Source: Octopus sinensis (lineage: Eukaryota). From it: a DNA stretch of 13,636 bases. Shown here piece after piece: positions 1 to 8,215 of the stretch. The stretch's first letter is position 1, and each line of letters starts with the position of its first letter. The notes beneath the pieces are model-generated. The model made no database searches. It worked only from the letters and a program-made list of their open reading frames with translations, and had not been told where the DNA came from. Location: the NCBI RefSeq assembly GCF_006345805.1, contig NW_021826020.1, positions 1 through 13,636 of the forward strand. Reading direction: 5' to 3'. A program made the position numbers and the translations under genes.

Positions 1-342
1 AATCTAGGCTTATGAGGTAAAGTAAGCGACTAACAAACACACTTTACAAATACATTGTGTAAGCAGAAAAGAAAAAATATGAGAGACTTTTCTGAAGTTC
101 GACATAAAAATTGTAGCCATGGAGCTTTGTTTCTTTATCATCTATTAGCTCCGTATTTGTAGGAAGGAATAAACTAATCTAAATCCATAGGTATTAATAA
201 AATTATACTTCTGAATACAAATTAATGGGATGTTGCAGTCATGTGGAGTGCAAACCTGACGTTATGTTAAATATAAAAAGGAAAGAGAACGTCTATGTCG
301 AACTAATTAGGTTTCTGAATATATTACACAGTGGCACACTAA

Positions 343-344
343 CG

Positions 345-402
<58 letters not shown>
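343..402. repeat. (CA)n microsatellite
   Basis: About 30 CA units with one TA interruption, read directly. Confidence 0.98.
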
Positions 403-429
403 TCTATGATGATTGTGAAACTTAGCTAT

Positions 430-641
430 GGTGGTGAGCTGGCAGAATCGTTAGCACACAGGGCGAAATGCTTAGCGGTATTTCGTCTGTCTTTGTGTTA
501 TGAGCTCAAAATCCGCCGAGATCAACTTTGCCTTTCATTCCTTTCGGGGTCGAGAAATTAAGTCACAGTTGCGTACTGGGGTAGATCTAATCGATTGGCC
601 CTCTCCCCCAAAATTTCGGACCTTGTGCCTAGAGAAGAAAA
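430..641 (+). mobile_element. tRNA-derived SINE, near full length (family 1, tail a)
   Basis: Head GGTGGTGAGCTGGCAGAATCG (A-box-like) and GAGCTCAAAATCC (B-box-like), then body GCCTTTCATTCCTTTCGGGGTCGA and tail ending GTGCCTAGAGAAGAAAA. Homologous in reverse complement to the copies at 3106-3246 and 3247-3475. Confidence 0.9.
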
Positions 642-923
642 TGTAAAACATAGTTATTAATTGATATCGACTATATTGAAAGATATATTTGATATTTTGA
701 GCTCCACGAAATAAGAAGGGATGTGACTAATTTGAAAGTTGTAATTAGACACGATTGATGAAAACGTTAAAAATAAGCAAAATAACCTTAAATTCAGGGT
801 GTAGAATTTATATTTACCATTAACGATATACAAAAATATCTCTGTATAAACATAGATATGATAAACCATGCACATTTATACAGGTAATGCTGTCTATCCA
901 TGTTGGAATCCATGTATAGAAGC

Positions 924-1218
924 TACATACATACATCTATGCATGTATTTATATATAAATACAAGCACACATGCATTCATATACGCATACATGCATTCAT
1001 ACATACATTCATGCACATACATACACATATAAACCAACACAAATATTCCCTTAATTCATATATATATATATATATATATATACAGACGCATACATGTACA
1101 CATACACATACATAGATTCGTATATATATATATATATATATATACACATACAGATTCCTATATACTTACATATATGCATATACTTACACATATATTCATA
1201 CATTCATTCATACATACA
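924..1218. repeat. Compound (TACA)/(TA)/(CA)/(TTCA) microsatellite
   Basis: Read directly. It accounts for the 900..1115 ORF and the first part of the 1174..1404 ORF. Confidence 0.95.
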
Positions 1219-1219
1219 A

Positions 1220-2660
1220 TTGTAATTGAAAGCCGTCTGATTGTTTCCGATGTTATAAATATTTTAAGCGGAATACTCCAAGGAGTCAGTTTGTCTATAC
1301 TTCTGTTTATTTTGGCTCAAAAACCACTGTCATTTTTTTTCCAAAAACTCCACCGATTATGTGCTAAAGTTTGCAACAACAAGAGATATCAATCTAACTC
1401 CTAATGTCTTGGGTGGACAATCTAAAGATCTATACTCGGAATATTTACAATACTGAGAAACAGCTGGATTTAGTAACATGTTCTGCTGTTGTACGGATGG
1501 GTTTGGGCCAAACGAAATTTTCTTATTTGATAGTTGAAAGCTGAAAGCTTGTTTGTTTCCTCAAACACGAAGTTTCGCATTAATGTTTTTGCTATGGTTT
1601 CTGTTCCACAAACACCAAGATATTGATTAAGATATATTATACGAACGCACTAAAAACAAAGATTGGTCGAAGAATATTATTACAGAGCTTGAAAAAAAGA
1701 CATGACAGAAACGTTGATTGGATTTCCTTTAAAGACGAGTGTCCCAAATAGATATTTGACTTCTCTATAGAGGAAATACACTCCACAGACATTAAAATCT
1801 CTAAGATGCTGGCATTAACTGCACACCTCAACTAAATCAGTGCTATTGGCAGACCCTATTGCAGAAGAAATAGGAAAGAAAAGGAAGGTTTAAGATCTAT
1901 GTTGATAGTCTTTGAGTTTTGTGCGATATCACTTTGACGAAATCTGCTAAACATTGGCAGCGAAAATAAATACATCATTTAAATACTAAAAGGTAGAGAG
2001 GCGCATTCGTCAAGAATCATTCAATTTCCGATGATTGCTCCTGCGATTTCCAGTGACTGACGTACCTCAAAAAAGAGATCTTAAAGAGAAACGTTCAGCG
2101 TACCACAAATAGGTTATGAATGGCTAAGTTTTCTTTAAACTTGTGGATGATAATAGTGTTAACATGGAGTGGTTCTTTTCTTGAAATCACGACCGTTTCA
2201 TCAAAACACATTTCGTTATGATTTTAGCAATTTTTGCAAAAGTAAGAATGAATTAATAAATACCAAATGAAGAAAATAGACAGGGAGACACTTAAACACG
2301 CAAGATGGAGCCTAAAATGTTGATAACGACACTTTTATTTGGAGGCTATTACACATGTGACCAGCAGCTTCCCCAAAATGTTATAATCACGACATGATAT
2401 TGTTGCTGAACCAATATACAGAACCGTCTGCAAGAAAGGGTCTTTCGTAAAATCTTCCTTCATATTTTTCTGATATTTAACGAATTTTTCCAGGAAATTA
2501 TAGAAAGAGGAAAATGACAAGGAATACGTAACCTGCGAATATATCACCAGGTTACAGAGAATACAATCTTCATGTGAATTATTTATAACTATGAATGAGC
2601 GTTCAGGATATCCTTGAAGTATAGGTACTCACATCAACATTTGGGGTTCGATATAAATAC
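1220..2660 (+). mobile_element. Old, heavily decayed Tx1/L1-like LINE, 3' half (RT to C-terminal zinc-binding region)
   Basis: Translation SGILQGVSLSILLFILAQKPL resembles the L1/Tx1 motif RGVRQGCPLSxLLFxLxxEPL. WVDN (~1410) falls where YADD is expected. DWSKNIITELEKK (~1660) resembles the post-thumb W..I..KL.KK segment. FIWRLLHM*P (~2335-2365) resembles FLWRLLHxxLP. The motifs are collinear but full of stops and frameshifts, so the ends are approximate. Confidence 0.6.
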
Positions 2661-2810
2661 ACGTATAAATACATATACGAATAGTATGAACATAGTTAAA
2701 TACACTCATGAGATCAGACAATCAGAGGAAGAATGAAGTCTTTAATACCAGCACCAAAGCTTCTTTTGCACACACAGACACACGCGCGCGCCATTATATT
2801 AGACATGGTC

Positions 2811-3107
2811 TGGTACTTGTTCGGTTACGACGGCGAGTGCTCCAGATGAGTCTAGAATCGAAAGAAGAGCCTGGTCATGAAATGAACATGCAAGTGGCTG
2901 AGCACTCCACCGAAATGTGTACCCTTAACTTAGTTCTCAGAGAGATTCAGCATGACACTGAATGTGAGAAAGCATTCATTTTTGCCAGCTGAGTGGACCG
3001 GAGCAATGTGAAATAAAGTGTCTTGCACAAGGAAACAAAGTGCCGCCGGAAATCGAACCCACGAATTTACGATCGTGAACCGAATAACTTCCCGACTAAG
3101 TTACGCG
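2811..3107 (-). mobile_element. tRNA-derived SINE (family 2) with an internal deletion
   Basis: Minus-strand B-box GGGTTCGATTTCC (plus strand GGAAATCGAACCC, ~3048-3060), body CCTTGTGCAAGACACTTTATTTCAC, tail ending GCCGTCGTAACCGA. About 25-30 nt appear to be missing near 2973 relative to the family as I recall it. Confidence 0.8.
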
Positions 3108-3246
3108 AAATTTTGTGGGGAGGGGGCCAGTCGATTAGATCGATCCCAGTACGCAAATGGTACTTAATTTATCGACCACGAAAGGATGAAAGCAAAGTCG
3201 GCCTCGGCGGAATTTGAACTCAAAACGTAAAGACAAACGAAATACC
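3106..3246 (-). mobile_element. SINE family 1 (tail a), truncated at both ends
   Basis: Reverse complement aligns with roughly 477-620. It lacks the first ~47 nt of the head and the last ~20 nt of the tail. Confidence 0.88.
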
Positions 3247-3475
3247 TATTTCTTTACTACCCACAAGGGGCTAAACACAAAGATGACAAACAAGGACAGA
3301 CAAACGGATTAAGTCGATTATATCGACCCCAGTGTGTAACTGGTACTTAATTTATCGACCCCGAAAGGATGAAAAGCAAAGTCGACCTCGGCGGAATTTG
3401 AACTCAGAACGTAGCGCCAGACGAAATACGGCTACGCTTTTCGCCCGGCGTGCTAACGATTCTGCCAGCCCGCCG
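3247..3475 (-). mobile_element. SINE family 1 head and body with an alternative tail (tail b)
   Basis: Minus strand starts GGCGGGCTGGCAGAATCGTTAGCACGCCGGGCGAAA and shares head and body with 430-641. It then diverges into ATCCGTTTGTCTGTCCTTGTTTG...GGGTAGTAAAGAAATAGG. Confidence 0.88.
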
Positions 3476-3477
3476 TC

Positions 3478-3960
3478 CTAGAGTGGTTTAATATCAACGG
3501 TGAATAGCAGCTTAGAACATCCGTGTAAAATATACTTTGGAAAGAGTTGTTGTCTATTGCAAGTGATGATAAAGAAGAACCAGGGTTGGTGGTGGGAGAC
3601 AGGACTTTGTCTAAAATAACAGGAGAGGAGTTTTGTGGTAAGCACAAGGGCATCCAATAATGCCAAATTTGTAGATTTGTTTGGGCAGGTGAATGGTAGA
3701 AGTGTGGAGTCAGTTTACAATCAGACTGGAAGAAGAAGTATTTTGAAAGAATTGAATATGCATACGGTAAAGGAGAGTGCTTGGAGTTGTGGTTAATAAA
3801 CTTCTGGGGTAATTTCGTGTTGAAGAGAGACGTTTTGGAGTTAGTAGAGTGCCTTATACTTTCGGAAGTCAGTGTGTTGGATGATGGAAGCTTTGAACTT
3901 ACTAGCCAGCTTCATGATACGATAACCCTAGGTGGTTGTTGTTACGTCAACTCGTTGTGG
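3478..3960 (-). mobile_element. Penelope-like element (PLE) fragment, N-terminal half of the RT, decayed
   Basis: Collinear minus-strand motifs across frameshifts: IMKLASK (cf. IKPADK), IHLPKQIYK (cf. YLLPKIHK), TKLLSCY-LDKVLSP (cf. PTELISxYLDxVLSP) and LLFTVDIKPL (cf. LFTMDIKSLY, RT motif A). The fragment stops at the SINE head at 3475. Confidence 0.75.
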
Positions 3961-4093
3961 ATCAGATTGGAAACTGAATTACATCTACGAATTATTCACC
4001 AATAAAATATAAAACACTCCATTTCAATTGGGATCATTTCCAGGATTTCGTGACTCGAAGCGAAGTTCTAAACCTTACACACAGACTAATATA

Positions 4094-4101
4094 TACATAC
4101 A

Positions 4102-4130
<29 letters not shown>
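4094..4130. repeat. (TACA)n microsatellite
   Basis: About 9 units, read directly. Confidence 0.97.
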
Positions 4131-4132
<2 letters not shown>

Positions 4133-4179
4133 GGAAAAAAAATCAAGGTACAAAATGCAAAAATAATTTTTAAAAAACA

Positions 4180-4221
4180 TTTCAGTACCGGTTTCGGTCA
4201 TTGAGACTTTTTCAACTGTAA
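4180..4221 (-). ncRNA. Minimal type I hammerhead-like motif, variant core (PLE type)
   Basis: Minus strand TTACAG-TTGAAAA-A-GTC-TCAAT-GAC-C-GAAA-CCGG-TA-CTGAAA. Stem I ttacag/ctgaaa pairs at 5 of 6 positions. The core is UUGAAAA instead of CUGANGA. Stem II is 3 bp with an A.C mismatch at its base. Stem III is the palindrome ACCGGU, and the cleavage triplet is GUA. Confidence 0.6.
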
Positions 4222-4339
4222 GTATGGAAAAACAATTAAATTTTGGAAAAATTAAATGAAAAGTCTTTTAAAAGAATATTTGCATAGTATTCAAATACAA
4301 GGGGCATTTTCCTTGTTTCTGCCTGTCTCTGTCTCTCTA

Positions 4340-4630
4340 TACACGCTCATATATTTAATATGTATATATATATTTACTATGAATATACAATATGTATATA
4401 CAAATACACTTACATATGAATCGACAAATGTGTGTGTACGCACGCACACACACACTGTATATATGTATATATATATATATATATATCTATTATATAATAT
4501 ATATATATATATATTATATATATACACATTTATCACACACGCACCACACACACACAACACACGCACACACACACACACACACACACACCCACATATATAT
4601 ATATTATATATATATATATATCATATATAT
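4340..4630. repeat. Compound (TA)/(CA)/(TG) microsatellite region
   Basis: Read directly. It accounts for the 4256, 4291 and 4392 ORFs. Confidence 0.95.
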
Positions 4631-4659
4631 AGGAAAAAAGCAACAAGAATAGATTAAAA

Positions 4660-4747
4660 TCTCGGTACGATCGTTTCGTACGAGGACATCTTTAATAAGC
4701 TACAAAAAATGCAGTGAATACAGATGGCTCGTACTCGTCAGCCGAAA
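4660..4747 (-). ncRNA. Type I hammerhead ribozyme motif, complete (minus strand, left arm)
   Basis: Stem I TTTCGG (4747-4742) / CCGAGA (4665-4660); core CTGACGA (4741-4735); stem II GTACGAG (4734-4728) / CTCGTAC (4684-4678), a perfect 7 bp, extended by CATCT/AGATG; GAAA (4677-4674); palindromic stem III ACGATCGT; triplet GUA, with predicted cleavage between 4666 and 4665. Confidence 0.85.
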
Positions 4748-5059
4748 AAACATCAGAGAATTCCCAAACATCAAAAGGGGTAGATACAAAAGAGGTTGTA
4801 GGATTAACTGCATTGAAGAAAGTTCGATTCGTGGAGATCCGATGAAAGGTTTTAAACCTATAGAATTTATGCATGTTTACATATAGCTCATATTGGATAT
4901 TTGATCAAGTTATATGAAGAACTATATGTAGACATGCATAAATTCTATAGGTTTAAAACCTTTCATCGGATCTCCACGAATCGAACATCTTCAATGCAGT
5001 TAATCCTACAACCTCTTTTGTATCTACCCCTTTTGATGTTTGGGAATTCTCTGATGTTT

Positions 5060-5146
5060 TTTCGGCTGACGAGTACAAGCCATCTGTATTCACTGCATTT
5101 TTTGTAGCTTATTAAAATGTCCTCGTACGAAACGATCGTACCGAGA
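5060..5146 (+). ncRNA. Type I hammerhead ribozyme motif (plus strand, right arm)
   Basis: Stem I TTTCGG (5060-5065) / CCGAGA (5141-5146); core CTGACGA (5066-5072); stem II GTACAAG (5073-5079) / CTCGTAC (5122-5128), with an A5077.C5124 mismatch and a 42-nt loop; GAAA (5129-5132); stem III ACGATCGT; predicted cleavage after A5140. Confidence 0.82.
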
Positions 5147-5293
5147 TTTTATCCATTCTGTGTGCTTTTTTCGTATTTGTAATCACCCCACTTGTCGTAT
5201 GGTTAACACCATATAGATTTCCGATGCATCCTAGTTAAGGACCATATTCATGTGAATTCTTTAGAATTCACTAGAATCTCAATTACTTAACCG

Positions 5294-5334
5294 TATATAT
5301 ATATATATTCATATATATATATATATATATATAT
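5294..5334. repeat. (TA)n microsatellite
   Basis: Read directly. Confidence 0.95.
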
Positions 5335-5693
5335 GTAATGGATGGATGTATAAAATAGATGAAGGTTTGGACTTAATCAAAGGACATACTAAGTATGTCG
5401 ACCTGCTGGAAATAGCAATCAAGACTCCAATTTAAATCGCCGTGAGTCCAAATATTTGAATGTATGATGAGGGATTGTCTTAGCCCGTTTACCTTCGGAC
5501 GGTTTATTTTTGTAGTTATTATCAGTGTCTTTTTCATCGATTTAAATAAGAGTTTTGACTGTTATTTTCGGAAGGTATTCATACTTACTATGTTCTTTGA
5601 TCAACTTAAATCCTTCAGCTATTTAATGCTTCTTGGGCCTGCAATCGCCTATATTATTGATTCTGTTATTATCATTATTAAATTGTTACACTG

Positions 5694-5726
5694 GATGATA
5701 ATGATGATGATGATGATAATAATAAT

Positions 5727-5771
<45 letters not shown>

Positions 5772-5871
5772 TTGATGATGATGACGACGATGACGATGAT
5801 ATAATAATAATAATATAATAATAAATAATAATAAATAATAATAATAAATAATAATAATAATAATAATAATA
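5694..5871. repeat. Compound (GAT)/(AAT)/(GAC) trinucleotide array, 5' flank of the LINE
   Basis: Read directly. It produces the poly-I, poly-M and poly-L ORFs. Confidence 0.97.
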
Positions 5872-7752
5872 ATGCGCAGAATCTCAGCACCACCGCATGG
5901 ATTGACTATAAAAGGCCTTCGACAGTATACCGCATCCATGAATCTTGAGATCGCTGGACATCTTCAAAATTTCCCCTGTGATTTCAAACTTCCTGAAGCA
6001 CAATATGTCGTTGTGGAATACGAATCTCAATTATACCACTCTAATGGAGTACTTGCTTCAGAAAATATAAACATCAACTGTGGAATTTTTCAAGGTGACT
6101 CACTTTCACCTTTAATATTTGCATAGCCTAATACCCCTTACAAGTGAATTAAACAGAACAGGATATGGGTATAAAATTGCCAATAAAAAAATAAGCCATC
6201 TACTTTATATGGATGACTTAAAACTTTATGGTAAAGACAATAATGAACTTGAAGGCTATTGCGCACCGTGAAAGCATTCAGCGATGACATCGGGATGGAG
6301 TTTGGACTTGAGAAGTGTGCCAAGGCCACTTTCCAGAAGGGAAAGTGAAGACCACAAATTCAGTCGTGTTAGATGTTGACACAGTCATAAGAGAGCTTGA
6401 GCAAGAACAAACATACAAATATTTAGGGATAAATGAAGGCTCTGGTATTCAGCATGCAAGCATGAAAGAGAAGATCAGGAAGGAATGTTATAGGAGAGTT
6501 CGTGCAGTCCTGAAATCTGAACTAAATGCACGTAACAAGGTGTTAGCTATAAATTCCTTAGCAGTTCCAGTTGTTACTATATAGCTACAAGTGTTTGAAC
6601 TGAATATGAGTGAAGTAAAGAATATAGATAGGAAAATACGCAAGCTGCTGAGTTGTAATAGGATGTACCACCCAAAGGCAGACGTAGATCGCCTTTACCT
6701 TCCCAGAGCCCAAGGAGGTCGAGGCCTGATCCAATTTGAACTAGCTTACAAAACAACCACAATTGGACTGACCAAATATCTCGAAATATCGAATGACTGG
6801 ATGCTAAAGCTCGTGGAAAATCACGAGGGGCGAAAGAAGCTTCATTCTATCATAAAGGAAAGCAAAAAATTTGCTATTGATCTCGTGCAGGATACCCAAA
6901 CTGAACAACCGGAGGGAAGTACGGCAACTATTGTTGCAAAGAAGGTGAAAATGATGGCAACGAAAAAAGCGCACGAGCAATTGGCTGATAGGTGGGAGGA
7001 GAAACCTCTGCACGGCAAATATTGGACCCGCAGCAAACAAGCTGATGTTGACCAGAAGCAAACCCATCAGTGGCTACGGAGCTCAGGGCTAAAAGCAGAG
7101 AGCGAAGGTTTCATCCTGGCTGCTCAAGATCAAAGCCTATTAACCCGGAACTACCAGGCCAATGTGATGAAAAATGGAGCAGACCCAAAATGCCGATTCT
7201 GCAACGACATGATTGAAACAGTGGACCATCTAATCTGGATGTAAAGTCTTAGCACCAGTGGAGTAAATTAAGACATGACAGAGTTGACCAATATCTACAC
7301 TGGCTAATAAGTCGGCATTACAATATAAAAAACTGCCGACAAGTGGTATAATCCCACCCTGAGGCTGTAACTGAAGGAGAAAATGTAAACATTCTGTGGG
7401 ACTTTCCAGTACATACAGACCGAACCATCAAGGCCAATGAACCAGATATTGTTGTGAAAGACCAAAACAATAAAGTTTGCTTATTGATTGACATGAGCAT
7501 CCCCTGTGATCATAATATCTCAGCGAAAGAGTTTGACAAGCTCAGAAAATATAAAGACCTACTCATTGAAATTGAGAAAATGTGGCATCTCAAGGCGGTT
7601 ACAATACCAGTGATCGTAGGAGCACTAGGAATGATCAAGAAGGAACCGAAAATTATATGAGAATGATCCCTGGCTTACCATCCCTGCAAGAAGTGCAAAA
7701 GATTGTCTTAACTGGTACATCACATGTATTGAGAAGAGCATTGTCGATGTGA
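5872..7752 (+). pseudogene. Frameshifted RT-zinc knuckle-RLE ORF of the LINE (track ORFs 5872, 6315, 6591 and 7454 are pieces of it)
   Basis: About ten frameshifts, mostly 1-bp deletions, and one TGG>TGA stop (5938-5940). The longest intact stretch is 6591-7244. Confidence 0.88.
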
Positions 7753-7932
7753 GAATTGTTGCTGCTCATGTATTTTAATTTAACTTAAAAAAAATAAAAA
7801 ATATAAAAAATGAACGAACTATTGAGTTTGGTTTAATGGCCTACCAATGTATACTATGAGTTTCTTTGCCCTAGGAGTCGGGAAGACACTCGGCAAGAAA
7901 TGGAAGCAAATTTGAAAGAAGAAAAAAAAAAG
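5872..7932 (+). mobile_element. 5'-truncated RLE-type non-LTR retrotransposon, R4/Dong-like, inserted in (AAT)n
   Basis: RT motifs WIDYK-KAFDSIPH, GIFQGDSLSP, HLLYMDDLKLY, FGLEKCA and YKYLGI; CCHC knuckle CRFCNDMIETVDHLI..GC; restriction-like endonuclease IKANEPDIVV..IDMSIP..K..KYKDL. Stop codon at 7750-7752, a ~170-nt 3' UTR, then an A-rich tail running into (AAT)n. Confidence 0.9.
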
Positions 7933-8009
7933 TAATAAAAATAATGATAATAATAATAATAATAATAATGTTGATGATGACGACGTCGACGTTGACGACG
8001 ATGACGATG

Positions 8010-8049
<40 letters not shown>

Positions 8050-8133
8050 TATAATAATAATAATATAATATAATAAGTATTAATAATAATAATAATAATA
8101 AAATAATAATAATAACTAATAATAATAAATAAT

Positions 8134-8215
<82 letters not shown>
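7933..8215. repeat. Compound (AAT)/(GAT)/(GAC) array, 3' flank of the LINE
   Basis: Read directly. Confidence 0.97.

Larger units (their letters stand above)
4629..5176. mobile_element. Fold-back (long inverted repeat) element carrying a hammerhead motif in each arm; probably non-autonomous and PLE- or retrozyme-related
   Basis: Arms 4655-4886 and 4922-5151 are reverse complements with about 5 differences (3 substitutions, 2 one-base indels) and a 35-bp spacer. Weaker inverted homology (~5 differences in ~27 bp) extends to 4629 and 5176. Confidence 0.9.

Noticed and set aside
4692-4874. 60-aa ORF in the left fold-back arm (and the 4901..5107 ORF)
   Set aside because: No recognisable motif, and the frame is broken by an indel in the other arm. 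The sequence is better explained by the ribozyme.
4655-5151. Tc1/mariner MITE with a TA target duplication
   Set aside because: The TA is part of the palindrome, and inverted homology continues ~25 bp beyond it, so the ends are not defined by TA.
5252-5399. Short palindromes GTGAATTCT-TT-AGAATTCAC (5252-5271) and GACATACT-A-AGTATGTC (5383-5399)
   Set aside because: Loops of 1-2 nt and no recurrence or associated feature in the window, so no function can be supported.
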